Shown: positions 24,691 through 37,760, counted from the whole stretch's first letter. The stretch: 62,447 bases of DNA, filler included, from Choristocarpus tenellus KU-1152 (GCA_964200185.2; 15 parts of 15 records of this genome joined end to end with filler, not necessarily neighbours in it); one strand, 5' to 3'. Notes: generated from the sequence alone by a model not told the origin. Made by a program: numbers and translations.

Positions 24691-25038
24691 GCAGGAAGTA
24701 CAGTTATGAACTAGAAGATAAATCAACCACAAAGGGGAGGGGAGGTCATGTTCGGGCAAGGTAGATATCTTCTAGCTCAAAGGCACGGTATGAAGTGAAT
24801 GATGAAGGGGTGTTCTTGGATGATTGTGGAGTGTTGTGGAGTGGTGCGGGGTTGAGTAGCGTTGAATGATGTGGTGGAGTAGTAAGTGGGGTGGGGTTGA
24901 GTGGAGGGGTAACTGGTGTGGGGTTGAGTGGGGTTGAANNNNNNNNNNNNNNNNNNNNNNNNNNNNNNNNNNNNNNNNNNNNTTAATTAATTAANNNNNN
25001 NNNNNNNNNNNNNNNNNNNNNNNNNNNNNNNNNNNNNN

Positions 25039-25205
25039 GCGGCCGCTGTGCTCTTCTTTGGTCCTCCGCTCATTTCAATGGGAGTGCCTATCCCGAGATC
25101 TCGACCTGGGGTGAGATCTGTCACGAGTGGAAGATTGAAAAACGAAGCTTTCCCTGCGGCTGCTGCGGCGTTCAGCAGAGCATCCACGGTTGCGCCCAGG
25201 CATGT
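25039..25205 (-). CDS. Putative exon of an unknown protein, truncated by the contig end
   Basis: ttacag acceptor; GC-rich open frame TCLGATVDALLNAAAAAGKASFFNLPLVTDLTPGRDLGIGTPIEMSGG. Confidence 0.4.
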
Positions 25206-25417
25206 CTGTAACCTGGGGAGTAAAAGGATGACATGACACATGAAGAACAGATCGGGAATGTGAGTGTATGAATGGTGAACAATGACTACCTAAACAACGT
25301 ACGTCTTTACCACGGCAGTCAGGGACCACTCGTGTGTGACTAGAAGTGTATGACGCCTCCCTTGGAGTCACAGATGTCATCGCGCAGGACCTTCCTCCAA
25401 GTTAGGAGGTCATGTGA

Positions 25418-25677
25418 GAGTCAAAGTATCTTAGAGGGTAGGGCCTTGTCCATTTGGGGGCCAAAATCCAATGTCGTGATTTTGATGTAATTTTGGCTAT
25501 CATGTTTGTTGGGAAGTGTCGATATCCTTGTTCCGGACACACCTTTTCATGACGTATACATTATTCCTTCTCCAAAACATTTTGGAGTAGGAAAATGTAA
25601 TAAAAATACTCCATTGGAAGTCATGCCCCAAATAGACAAACAGGGCAAAACTCGTACCCTCTAAGATAGACTCACTT
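25418..25677 (+). mobile_element. MITE family A
   Basis: Both TIRs (right one degenerate); TSD GTGA. Confidence 0.9.
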
Positions 25678-26299
25678 GTGAGCGCTCCAAGACTACGCGA
25701 GGAGATGATGATGCTAAGCAGAAGAGAATCGCGTAGATGGTGAAAGCGTCCCCAAAACTATGCATGGAGGCCACAAAACCAAGAGTGAGAAAGAGAAAAA
25801 TCCAGGCTATTGTAGAGAGCTACCAAGAATCCTAAATGCCGAGGTGAATGCCGAGTACTCTCTCCGGTTTGAAGAGAGGTGGTAGGACCTCCATGTTACA
25901 GGCACGCTCCAGAATCTTACGTCCACAGGATGGGTAGCTCCAATTCACAGATTAACGAACATCAGCTTAGCAGAACAGGGGTACTCTCAAATGAATCAAT
26001 CAGCATAAGAAATATTTATTTTTTCGATATCATTAAGAGAGTGCTATAGGTGGGGTCTCTAAGTCAGAAGAACTGAGCTGTTTGGAGCTGTTTTTAGGAT
26101 CTCTTATAATCATTTATCGTTGGGGCTTCTTTGGTTTACAGACATTGGAATATATCTGAGAACCCTTGCGACCTTTCCATCTGGGAACCCTTGCGACGTT
26201 CCCGAGTTGCAGACTTTATTCTGCAACGTTTCACCAAATCGGAGTTCCCCCTTTTGAGGTTCCCCACGTGCATACACTGCTCGCGCTGGTTAAAGCGCG

Positions 26300-26600
26300 G
26301 GAAGAAATACTTGCGCTATTTGCCTGTAACACTCTCTTTGGTTATCTTGACACCAAAGCCTTTCAGGTGTCGAAAGAAACCTGCTTGGTTCCAACTGTAA
26401 AGAAGGTCTTCCATTTTCCTGATGTAGGTATCAAGAAATCCTGCAAGGTAGATGCCCTCACTCGTTTGAATCTATTTGCCAGCCTTCTTCATCGCTTTCT
26501 CAAAAGCGTCATCTTGGGACTCTGTTTGGAGCTGTTTCCATGACCTTTCCCGTTCCTCCCAGGCATCCAGGAAGTTTGCCTGAACTTGGTCACTTGGATA
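26300..26600 (-). pseudogene. LINE (RTE-like) ORF2 fragment, endonuclease-RT linker
   Basis: AWEERERSWKQL...FEKAMKKAGK*...FLDTYIRKMEDLLYSWNQAGFFRHLK, resembling the K..K.A......F...V..LE.....DQAGFYKHLK segment of LINEs. Confidence 0.55.
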
Positions 26601-26775
26601 TCATCCTCATTGCATCACCGTCTGTTTAAGGGGTGGAAGGACTTCTAAGGCAGTGTCCAACAAATGAGCTGTCATGAAGATGCCAAATTGTAGACACTCG
26701 CAGATACAGCGGTGTATCTTTGGTAGGTACTGCCATTATGATTTCTCCATTTTGTGTAGGTGATTCGGTGTTGGC

Positions 26776-27131
26776 AGTCCGCTCTAGGATAAGACCGGCC
26801 TCGATAAATTTCGAGGTGATGCAAGGCGTCCTGATCGGTGATCAGCATATCAAATTAAAGCTGAGACCGAATCCTATCGATTGGCGCAAAAGATATCTGG
26901 TCGTAAATCACTTTGTGTTGAGTTAGGAAATGCCGAAAGGTTCTGTTGAATTGCCAAAAAAATGAAATTCGCTGAAAATCGTATCAAGACTTTTTTTTGG
27001 CGACCAGATTTCTTTGCGCCAATCGATTGCTTATGATCTCAGCTTTAATTTGATGTGCTGATCACCTGTCAGATCGCCTTGCATCACCTCGAAATTGATC
27101 AAGACCTGCGATCCTATCATAAAGGCGACTC
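26776..27131. mobile_element. Foldback/MITE with ~130-bp inverted arms
   Basis: tttcgaggtgatgcaaggcg...atcagcatatcaaattaaagctgaga...atcgattggcgcaaa is mirrored at ~26997-27131. Confidence 0.75.
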
Positions 27132-28113
27132 TTAACAATATACTGTGCGAGGCCTTAGGAGCTTAACCTTCGCACGCAGCTCACTACAACCTAGATTATC
27201 CGCACAGAACTCGGCACAATGGTTGCGGAAGTCCCTTTGTCGGACATGCTGAATATCGTGGTGCGGTTTCTACTTCCGCGTTTCATGTTTCACAGAAGTC
27301 GAAGGCTGAGGTTGGGCAGAGTGTACGTTCTGGTGATTGCCGTGTGTCGAGAGGGGGACTCGCGCTTGATCGAGTGGACCAGTCAATCACTGCAGAACAA
27401 GAAATCAAAGAGGGGTCTCGACTACGACTGAGAGCGTGTATTCTTGTCCAACCTCGATGATGAGGACTGGCTGGTTGGCTACTGTCTGATGAACTTTAGG
27501 AGTAACAGTAAGCTAAAATAACAATGAAGAGTTTAGGGTTACACACAGACAGACGAGACATGGAGGATCACGACTCTTCTTCTTCCGTGAAAAAACTTGT
27601 CCTGGGAGAGGAGAAATAGTCCTCCAAGCCAGATACTGGACGACGGACGGACGGATGTCTAAGTAACTTGATTTTAGTGAGGAAAATCGCCCTCTCGACC
27701 ATCGCACCACAACAAACTCCAACCTATCAAATAATGTTAGGAGTGATTCAAGGGTCACATCAACCTTTATTTCGACGAAGAACTCCTCCCCAAGCAAAAG
27801 TTGGACGAGGGCAAATTTTGTCCAAGAGATGGCTTCCAACACCATAGTGTTGTATTGTTTAGAATTGTTGTAAGGAATCAGAAGATGCGGTCCAACTTGT
27901 GTGTTATCAGTCCATTAGAATAAATAGTTTGTATTCTGATGGTAGAATTCATAGTATTGAGTATACACATTTCTTTTTTATTTTATTGTTTCTAAGCAGC
28001 AAGTTGTAGAAATCAATACTTATTTGAACCATTTTATAAGGAGACGAAGTGAAATTAGCAAATTACAACGTAGCATGAAAGCTTCAATCTACTCCTGTTC
28101 TCCTTGATTTTAG

Positions 28114-28403
28114 CGGAGGATTTCGGAATCTTCTTCCTTGTTCCTGTTATCTTTTGTCTGGTTAGGGGTCTCCAGGCCGTGTGCCACTACTTGTTCAGGA
28201 TTCCAAGAGGGGTTGGTACGCCGAGAAAATAAGGCAGACGAATACGACGACATGTCGAACCCGCTACAGGAGGAGGCCAATCCGTCTCGAGGCGTTGACA
28301 CCTCCAGCTGGTTCTTTTACAGTAACAGCAAGAGTTCTGATGCCAGGAAGACTCCCTTCCTTGTTGGACCGGTTGTGGGCCGAGTCACGGAGACAACAGC
28401 TCG
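28114..28403 (+). CDS. Putative exon of a PhoD-like phosphatase (N-terminal region); acceptor uncertain
   Basis: Pyrimidine-rich ttttag acceptor; open frame ending FLVGPVVGRVTETTAR (PhoD-type GP..G.VT.T.AR), then gtgaga donor. Confidence 0.55.
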
Positions 28404-31306
28404 GTGAGAAGTGAGGTTGGGGCTTACCTATCGAGAAAGGAAATCAGTATTCGAGGTGCATCCCAGTGCGTTGAACGCAAGATCTCACGTACTGTGACCT
28501 GTAGTTGGGGTGGCGTGCTGAACCAGGGAGACCCCTCGACTATTCTGGTTGTTGTGACATCTAATTCTAGCACCGTCTCTGTTTTAACAATAGAATACAG
28601 CATCGGCACATTGGAAATCATGTAATGGTCCAATGTTGTTATTACAGGGCGAAACCGTACGGATGTCATACAATGCATACGTTGGCTACTCATTGTTGTG
28701 GAAGTAGTAGTAGGATTAAACGATGACCTCAATCTACCCATCTTGTACGTGACATAGTTGTCCTAGGAAGTACCAGTTGTCTTGCAAGAAATGAAGAAGT
28801 TTCACGTGTCCTGAGGGAGAAGATATATGTACGAATCACCCACCGAACACGCTAGTTGAACCCTACTCCATACCTTTTCCTGTTCACTTGTGAGTCAAAT
28901 ATGTCCGTTTGACCTATCAAAACTTTGGTGTCACCTCTGGTGACTTCGAGGTCGCTGCACGGGTGTCCCTCCTTTCCTTTAGAACCTGGTGATGTGTAAC
29001 GATGTTACAGATGTCCCATCCCAAGCATATAGTGTTTGTGCATCGCGCCTGACTTCTCATCGTTGCCTTGACAGGTAGTTGTGTTTTTTATCTTTCACTC
29101 CTTTTCCCCCTCTTCTTTCACTCTTCTTCCATTTTTTCTTTCATAGTATCCGTATCTCTCGATCAGTGTGTACTGCCTTCTTCTACCTTTCAACCACAGG
29201 TCAGGGACTCCTCAGACAAATGTGAACAATAATGTTAGTAACAGTAGTAATTAGTCGCTCGCGATATCTTCCCCAGAATCCTCGCACTCCTCAATCTGCA
29301 AGAATTTCAAGCTCTACATCAATGCAACATCTCCAGGGTGTGGATTTTCCACTACCAACCTAAAAACACAATCAGCCGGATGTACTTTGGAGCTCATCTT
29401 TAAGTCTTGCTTATCCTTTCACGATAGTTCGGCATCTTGAGACCCTTGCATGGTGATTTCGTGTTGAAATATCAATACCATTCCCGTATCTGTGCTCAAT
29501 TCAGTTGCCATTTTTTTTTCTGCAGAAGCTCTTGCTTTCCCCCTGCTACGACCCCTCTTGAACAGAGATACCTCTGTAACAACAAAAAAATCAATAGACA
29601 CACTGAACCGTGAAGATGGAAAAGCACTACTGCTCCCAGTGAGATATATTTTGTTCAACTGATGGAGATCAGTGTTTCATGCGTACATTTAATTTCCTGC
29701 AATTGCTGATCTCCACTCTCTTGAGTAGAATTGAGCTGACCTAGTGGCATAGTGGTGTATCATCTATTCAAATTTGAGAACAATGTGGCAAGAGTTCCTT
29801 CGAGACCAACTGTGCTCCTCTTCCCACCCTTTCCATGCTGAAAAGTGCTCCATATCCTAACTTTGTAGTAAGCCCAACAGCACCAGAGTGATTCATATCA
29901 AAATTCTCCCTTACCCCCTCCCTACCTCTGCCCCCCCCCCCTCCACCTATTGTTCTTTGTCTAATTCATCATGACACAATGTATAGATNNNNNNNNNNNN
30001 NNNNNNNNNNNNNNNNNNNNNNNNNNNNNNNNTTAATTAATTAANNNNNNNNNNNNNNNNNNNNNNNNNNNNNNNNNNNNNNNNNNNNTCCATACGTTGG
30101 ATGGATAATGAAAGTGCACTTATCCTGTTTTTGGTCCAAATGAACATTCTGGTGTAGACCCCCCCCCCTCCCCAGATACTTTGGGTCAAATATATGCTAG
30201 TATTGCGGGGGGGGGGTTGTACAGGACATTCCTACATTGGAGAGAGGGGGTAGGTAGTGGATAGGACAGGAGAAGGTGAGATATTTCCACCAAAGTCTAA
30301 TAGACTGAACGGCACATTGAACCTTTGCAAATACATATATATATATGCATTGGTTCTGGTCTCCTACCCACTCGTTCTTGGTGTCCAGTGACTCTCATCA
30401 CACATCTCTTGACGCCTCCTTTGTTCCAAAGATTACATGAGTACTGGATAAGTTCTCATTTTAGGTTTTTCAAAGACATGAGCCCGAATTTTACAAAGCA
30501 GAAATTGGAACCTTGCTATGAACTCATGGGGGTGCACCCCCTTGTTCCCTCCCACTTCCCCACCCTGGAATATCTCCTGTAGCGGAAATCAAAGTAATCA
30601 TTCATTTCTCCCCAACTTCAATACCATTCACCTTTGTTGGGACGCCTCCTGGCTGGTGACCAGTTCCCTGGTCTCAAGTGCCATGATGATTGCTTGCGTG
30701 AGGTGATCATAATCTGCTTATGGTAGGTAATCAATCTCTTCATATGGCATGTTTATAGCTCCCGATGTCTCTCTATTGGATATGGAGTTAGGGAGATGAG
30801 GGGGAGTCAATATATAAATATTTATGGCATTTGCTTCGCCCTTATTTGCTATTTTTGCTAAATAAAGGATGTGTTGATTCTCCAATACGCTACAAGCAAG
30901 CTCTTTTAACTAGCCCTATGGAGGCTTGAACATATTCACTGAGAAAGATCAATGTATCAAGGTACCTATACATAAGGGCCAAACAAACAGTTGACTCTTT
31001 GGTACATTGAGTTCAATAGCTCTTTTCATCTATCCTGATAACTGAGCAAAAAACGTATTCCACCAAGGTTACATCACCTGGGAGACCCAAAAGACTGCAA
31101 TAGTATCAGCCCACCTCCTCTTCTGTTAAAGCAAGTTCTTCCCCTCCCTTCCATCACCAATCACTTGATATTATTACATGTCTGTTCCTTTTGATACAAG
31201 CTACCCCCAATGCTTTATCCAGGAGCATTGCCATGTCTCTCAAAGTAATGACCTGTCATATGTACCCTTGCCCCCCCCTTCACTGTGCTTTGCACCTCTT
31301 GTCAAG

Positions 31307-31500
31307 GCGGGATCCTTGCCTGTGCGACGTTCGTGCTACAGTCAAGCCGGAAGAGTGTTGTACGCGCCACCTTCACTGGCCAAAACGCCCGGAGCAACAC
31401 CCTCTACCCGGGGCGCCACAGGGAAAAACTTGAGGGGTGCAACAGCCGCGTGCATGTGATGCAGCTGCAGGGCAACGTATTCTTTGCCAACGTCCAGCAG
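31307..31500 (+). CDS. SulP/SLC26 anion transporter exon (end of TM domain, start of STAS)
   Basis: GILACATFVLQSSRKSVVRATFTGQNARSN...VHVMQLQGNVFFANVQQ|gtcagc (STAS LQG.LFF.N). Confidence 0.85.
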
Positions 31501-31952
31501 GTCAGCCCTCATCACTGATTTTTCACAATCAATAGCACTGACCTGTTTACACTTAAGGAGATACTACGTATGGACAGCACGGACAAGGAAAGAGAGGGAG
31601 GGTATATATCAAAGTTCATGGCTACAGAATGTACTGGTGTCTCTACCCCCTAGCTCTCTGCTGAGCATCAAAATCAACTCTGGATTATGGACAATGAGCT
31701 GGAGTATTAGAGGATTGAATCACCTGAACGCCTGTGCTCTCACACACTCTATTTCTCTCTGCCTACCCTCTACCTACCCATGCACCCCCCTCTACCGATG
31801 TGCTGGGACCTTTTTAGTATTTTTGTTGCTATTGGTTGGTGTTTTGTGTTTCCCTACCAATTTCCACTCTCATCATTGCCTCACCCCCATGCCCCTCTCC
31901 TCCCTCAACCCCCTGGAATTCTCACCCCAACTTATGTCTGAGGAATTAACAG

Positions 31953-32132
31953 GTAGTGGACTCTGCGAAGCAGACTCTCCTAATGACAAGCAGGAGCAAG
32001 CCTACTTGTGATTACTCCTCCCACCAGGAGGCCAGGAAGAGGATGAGGGGGGCAGGAGGGACGCTCTTTCTGATTTTTGATTGTACGTTCGTGACTGCCA
32101 TAGACAGCACTGCAATGGCTGCACTTGTGAAG
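31953..32132 (+). CDS. SulP/SLC26 STAS-domain exon
   Basis: cag|...|gtgtga, 180 nt, phase 0: ...LFLIFDCTFVTAIDSTAMAALVK (STAS LILD...V..IDS.A). Confidence 0.85.
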
Positions 32133-32438
32133 GTGTGACAAGGACATAGAATTCCCAAGGAAGGATGAGGGGGGAGGAAGGTCGACTGCATGAACCTTGT
32201 GCTGGTCACTCCAGAAATAAGCTTCAGGCGTAGGTATTTACTTTTCATCACTGTGTAGATCTTTTTACCAGTCCTCTGTTGTATTAATAGCAGCTTGGGT
32301 GTATAAATTCCTGCTTCCCATTGCACTTGCTTCAACACAGAGTCAAGTGGTGCTTATCATGTAATAATTTTTTGTGGAAGCATGGTCGAATAAACATCAC
32401 CATTAGTCACACTCCACTCTTCCTTCTCACCTCTCCAG

Positions 32439-32587
32439 CTGGAGCAGACCCTCTTGATGGAGTGGTCTCCTCCTGTTGAAATCATCTTCGCAGGCCTGGA
32501 CACAAAAGACACTAAACAGTTGTCCCTCATGCAGAGGGCGAAGGGCCTACCAGGAGAAGATGAAGAAGTAGAAAACGATCATTCAAG
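32439..32587 (+). CDS. SulP/SLC26 STAS-domain exon
   Basis: ctccag|LEQTLLMEWSPPVEIIFAGL...|gtgaga; in phase with the previous exon. Confidence 0.75.
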
Positions 32588-35500
32588 GTGAGAATTGCAA
32601 TTTTTTCTTTCCTCTAACTACAGATTGAAGGCAGCATGTGTTTGCATGAGTGCATGAGTACGTGTAGGGGGGGGGGGTTGGAAGTGATTTCAAACCAGAT
32701 CCCTCCTCTTTTTCCAGTTGTGTTTCAATGGCATGGAAGGAGTCCAGTGATGAAGGTACAGTGCTGCACCAGAAGATTGGAGGAGGAGGTGCTCAGAGCA
32801 GACAAGAGCAAGTGACCTGTCAGAGCTTGCCTCTCTTGAGATAAATTCAATTGCAGCGTTGTCATTATGCAGTTTCAAGCACCACAGGCCAAACGGGAGT
32901 TAACAAGTACTGGAGTAGAACCCAAATTTTCTCTCACAAAGACGGACTGTCCGAAAAAGACCCCAACAACATACTCCGGTATATAAGTAAGTAGCATGTG
33001 CCGAAATTAGTACCCTTTCGAGGATTATTTCAGTGAAGACTACAAACAGAGTCATGCCGTGACTGTGGATAACTGTTCAAAAGTGAAAAAAAAAAAAAAG
33101 CTGTGTGTTCTGGTTCCCCTGCTATTATCTTTTTCTGCTTGTGGGCCGTTAGATGTAAAAAAAAAAGAAAAAAAGGAGGGGGGTTACTGGCCAACGCTGT
33201 TCCCCAATGGCCCCTGCATCAAAGCTTGTTCTTGTCACTAGCTAGGCGAATGCTGTTGGGCACTTGTTGTTCGATGTAGTGTTCTCTTGTTTATGCGTTA
33301 GCCGTTTCCAGTCATAGTGTACACAAATATCGACTGAACATAAAGAAGAGGTGGGGGGGGGGGGNNNNNNNNNNNNNNNNNNNNNNNNNNNNNNNNNNNN
33401 NNNNNNNNTTAATTAATTAANNNNNNNNNNNNNNNNNNNNNNNNNNNNNNNNNNNNNNNNNNNNGGGGGAGGCGGGGTACATTGCTTAGTGAACGTATGT
33501 GTTGATTCAGTATGGTATGTAAACTGCTCTGTTGGTGGACATGTTTTTCGTACTGCCTCTCCTACCTGTCTCTATGTAAGTTACTCAACGCTCCCCACTG
33601 CTAAACTAACAACTGCCTGGATTAATCAGTTTTGATGTGAACGAGGGAAGGGGGTCTAGGCAGCATAGGGAACAGAGGAATAGTTTCCTGCTGGTCTTGT
33701 AGGGATGGCTCTCTTTTTTTTTTAAATATTGACAACACGCTAATAGTTCCGTACCTCCTGTCTCCACCTAAGCTGGTTCCTGATGTCAGGAAGGCTTTCC
33801 ATGTTCATGTAACGTTTACGCATTTTTTGGCATGAAGGGGATCGGCATGCATTTGATGAAGGAGAGTGGTACTTTGCATGCAGAAATCGAACAATACTAA
33901 CGAAGATGACTTCATTAACAATGTTATTTTGGGGTTCCTTGCTATTGATGGCATTCACTGTTATCGGCATCTCATCTTCTTTTTTTTTACCTTCTATTCG
34001 CTTTTTATTTCAGAAAAGAAAACTTCATCGCAGCCTTTACCTCCCCATGCAATTGCGTATTCCCAGTTAGAACAAGTGTTTCAACTCGATCAATTAACCA
34101 GAACAACCGATGCTTCTACCACCTTTTTTTTTCTTTTCCCAGGAGCACTACGCCTCATCGACCAACTCCTCTCACACCAACACAGTCAAGCCCATGAACA
34201 CGTCAATGTCAAAGACCAACCATGCCTTGAGGAGTCCCACAGGAAATACCACCCATACCCAAACGCCTTCTACGTAGACATACGTGTATGTATATTTGTA
34301 TGCTATTGAGATGCCACAAGCACGCAGTTTAGAGTGTCTCCGACCTCATCTGAGCTACTATGTATTGGACCTCGGTTCTGGCACAGGTTCCCTCGGGCGA
34401 GCTTATGTGTGCTTGCTCATCATGTCCGCATTTCTTTAGCCATGTACTTGGCTGGTACGGTATTTAGTTGGAATATATGTAGTCGGTTATAAATTAACTT
34501 CCCTTTCATCGTGGGGGTTTTATTGTCCCAATGGGTAAGCTTGTTCAACATCAGGAGGACTTGTGGTAGTGAATGACATCATGTGAAGGAGAGAAGAGAC
34601 GGTTCTTGTAATGAGACCACAAGAGAGTCGAGTTGTAGAACCATGGATTGCAAGTTTTGTTTTCAAGACCCAGTGTGTTGGAGACTAGGTGGTGATGGTA
34701 CTTCTTTGGAACGGATGAGAAGACCTTAGTCACGTGGAGGCAGTGTAGATAATCGTTGTGTTTGCATGTGAGTGCTTTTCTGCAGCAGGCTGACCACATC
34801 GGTATTAGCGACAACTTAGAAGGGAATGCATACCACTAGTGTTATTTAGGACTGAGGTTAGACCCAGAAAAAGTCTTAACAGGAAGCTGTTCAGCAATAC
34901 TATTGCAACTTGAGGATAATCCTGTCATTTTGGGTGGGAGGGAAGAGGGTCATAGATGTAGGACAAAATGTTAGACGTGAGGAGGCAGCAATATAGAGGC
35001 CGTAATGTAGAGTGTTGAGGGACGTGACAATATGTACATGTATGTATTGGTGTTTCGTATAGAGGGGCACAGTTCTCCAAAGTTTCAAGAAACCCCTCAA
35101 ATACCTACATTATTCACTCACCTCAACCTCGATAAGGCAGGCACAATGTTGGGTTGGTCATTGACTGGTGTACCATGAGGCGCTAGCAATGTCACAAGCT
35201 AAGGTCTGCATTTCACCATAGGTGATATGTAGAGAACTTGGAAATATTTCAGTTGGTATCGACTCCAAATTATGTCAACTTGGGCGCTAGTACATAATAT
35301 CATGAACACCATAGTCTCAGCCAGTCCTCACCCCTCTTTGCTAGACATTTTGTCTCGTCTTATATATGCGTTTATGTTCTCATCTTGTTTGCATGTCACT
35401 AAGATGGTTATGAAATTGTTGAATTTGTGCAGGATGGTCATCACCTTTTGGTAGTATGGAACGGAAAAGTCCGTGAGAAGGAGAAAATGCAAGCAGAGCA

Positions 35501-36371
35501 ATAGTCACTATTATGAGCAAGGCATGACTTTCTATACACAATTACAATTTCTGTGAGCAGATAAGATGGACTGACACATAAATAATTTCCTTTATTGATA
35601 CTCCAGTAAGTACGTTGTACAACTGATATGTCCTTCCAAAACAATCAGAAGTGGTTAGCGTTGAGCACACCCCTGTCAGATCGGTTTGTTATGAGTAGTG
35701 AAGTTTTCAAATCGGTTGTGAACTTTTCCCAGAAAAAGATCAATGAAAAAGTCGTATCAACATGAAATTCCCACTGCTCTGCCCTTACAATATGAATGGC
35801 CTGATGATGGCATGCTATGATACCACCCTGGCACGAGTAATGAGTCAGTTGCCATTGTATTCCTCCTTTTTTTTCATGGGATCAGTGCCCATTTGTACTA
35901 AAAATTATCCTGAATCCTCGTGAATTGGAGCTCTTACAATATTTTAGTCACTCCTAACTATGAATTTTGACTGATTAGGTTCCCCCCTTCACCCAGGGTC
36001 AGCACCCGCAGACCGTTACACCACGGCTATAATGAAGACGTAATAGGCAAGGTCATGCATTCTGTACTCCGACCTTCGTGATCCCTACCCATGGTGTCCA
36101 TCTTGCAGCCATCCTGGATAGTGTAGCGGGAAAAGAAGAGTGAGAGTCAGAGTGGCGACCTGACCAATCCTTGCATCAATATTTATAGGCTAGATTCACC
36201 TTCCCCTCGCTCAAGTCAGTTGGGGGCACGATAGTTGTCCATATAGACAATGAATGAGTCCCCTGAACTGTAACAAGATGGGAAAAGGCTCGGTCTTGAC
36301 TGGAGGGATTAGTTCTTTCACAATACATTTCCTCTGCTACCTGGAGCGAGTACTAGACTGTTGATGTCAAT

Positions 36372-36754
36372 GAGCCAAAGTAAGCGAGAGGTACCCTGGC
36401 TTTGACCCTTTTGCATTTTGGTCTCACTGTTATAATCCTTTGTAATTCACCCTGACTTCTTTGGATAAAGTGCTTAGATTGCCTTGAGAACTTTGATTTG
36501 TCTTTTGTTTGAAACCCTTCAACAAATCAAGGAAAGTTCCTCTAACAGCCGATTTCAAAAATTGAGGATGGAGCTTTTCATTGAGGATGGGCTTGACCCA
36601 AAATTGACTGGGATAAAGAGTCGATATATATATATATTTTTATTGTACATGTGCCCATCCTCAATGAAAAGCTCATCCTCAATTTTTGAAATCGGCTGTT
36701 CTCTATGTATTTGTCAGCATCCTCAAAATATATACCTCTCGTTTACTTTGACTC
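36372..36754 (+). mobile_element. MITE family B with a nested family D element
   Basis: TIRs GAGCCAAAGTAAGCGAGAGGTA ... TACCTCTCGTTTACTTTGACTC. Confidence 0.85.
36544..36700. mobile_element. MITE family D, 157 bp, ~49-bp TIR AACAGCCGATTTCAAAAATTGAGGATG, TSD CTCT
   Basis: Near-perfect TIRs; CTCT on both flanks. Confidence 0.88.
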
Positions 36755-36779
36755 ACTGTTGATGTTAGCGTCGCCTCTT

Positions 36780-37034
36780 ATCCGAAGAAAACGAGAGGTA
36801 CCCAAGTTTTGGTCGTTTTGTATTTAAGTCAGTTTTTTAATCTTACGCAATGAACTCTTATTTCTATGGATGAGATGCTAAGTTTGACTTGAGCAACTTG
36901 ATTTCTCTATTGTGAAAAATTTCGACTCAATTCAGAAAATATCCTATACGCATACATAAATATAGACGGATTTTGCACATATTTGTCGGTATCCTTGAAA
37001 TGCAAGTCTGGGTATCTCTCGTTCACTTTGACTC
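36780..37034 (+). mobile_element. MITE family B
   Basis: Body and right TIR match the other B copies; TCTT on both flanks. Confidence 0.8.
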
Positions 37035-37399
37035 TCTTCTGAATATCTGCTCCGATTGCATGCTGATCACTGCTGCCCTGCATTGAGCCTGCTTTTGGCC
37101 TTTCTTTGTGGCGCCAGAAATGAAAGATATTTCCGGATATTGATCGCATCCTAACGATCACCTCTGACTGTCCTTGTCCTTGTTCGGCTCCTTTTGGTGA
37201 TCCGCCGTAATAGATTTCCCATAATTTCTCCCGAGCTTACATGGTTTCCTATATTTTTGTACAATTTCCTCCTCAAGGTGCCTCCAGCTTTTCTTTTTCT
37301 GATCATATTTTCTAGCTAGTCTGTTCCTTTGACCTGACAAAATTTTGATTGGGAAGCTTCTTCATCTCCTTGCTCCACCCAAACTGTTGAGTGACTTCG

Positions 37400-37760
37400 T
37401 TGTGCATAGAAGGAACACCCAGGTCAACGGACCTGCTGGTCGAGGTTAGGACCCGAATGAAGAAAACAATATTTTTTTAGTATTTGAGGTGTTACTCGCA
37501 CACCGAGAGTGCCTTTCAAGAGGTACCCCACACACAAGGAGCCAACCAATTGAATGGTAGACATGTTTGGACCCCTTTGCATTCTAAGCCATCGTTCTTT
37601 CCCTACGCAATACACCCTTATTTTATTGTTTCTTGTGCACAATATAGTGCACAAATTGATATTCCCCCTTTCCACGTAGAAAGTGACACCACAATTCAGC
37701 AAAAGTTATTTCTACAGCTGTTCAAATTACGTCTTTTTGCCCTTTCTCTAGATCCTTAAA
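37400..37760 (-). pseudogene. Decayed Ty1/Copia integrase-like fragment (paralog at ~39700-39950 +)
   Basis: DNA homology between the two segments; a frameshifted G.....T.....NG..IA.GK...EC.R....LP..W pattern resembles NG.AER.NRT....R....LP..W. Confidence 0.4.

Larger units (their letters stand above)
19418..24938 (+). mobile_element. Tyrosine-recombinase retrotransposon (Ngaro/DIRS order), decayed, truncated by the contig end
   Basis: Gag-like ORFs with a CCCH finger (CYAFKAGKQCNFLKRYGVCKFDH), then RT, RNase H and YR in order; non-coding terminal repeats. Confidence 0.9.

Noticed and set aside
28075-28113. In-frame ATG with TGA and TAG upstream of the PhoD-like frame (stop readthrough or recoded genetic code?)
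   Set aside because: The TAG is part of a good polypyrimidine-AG acceptor, and all confidently spliced exons elsewhere are stop-free under the standard code.
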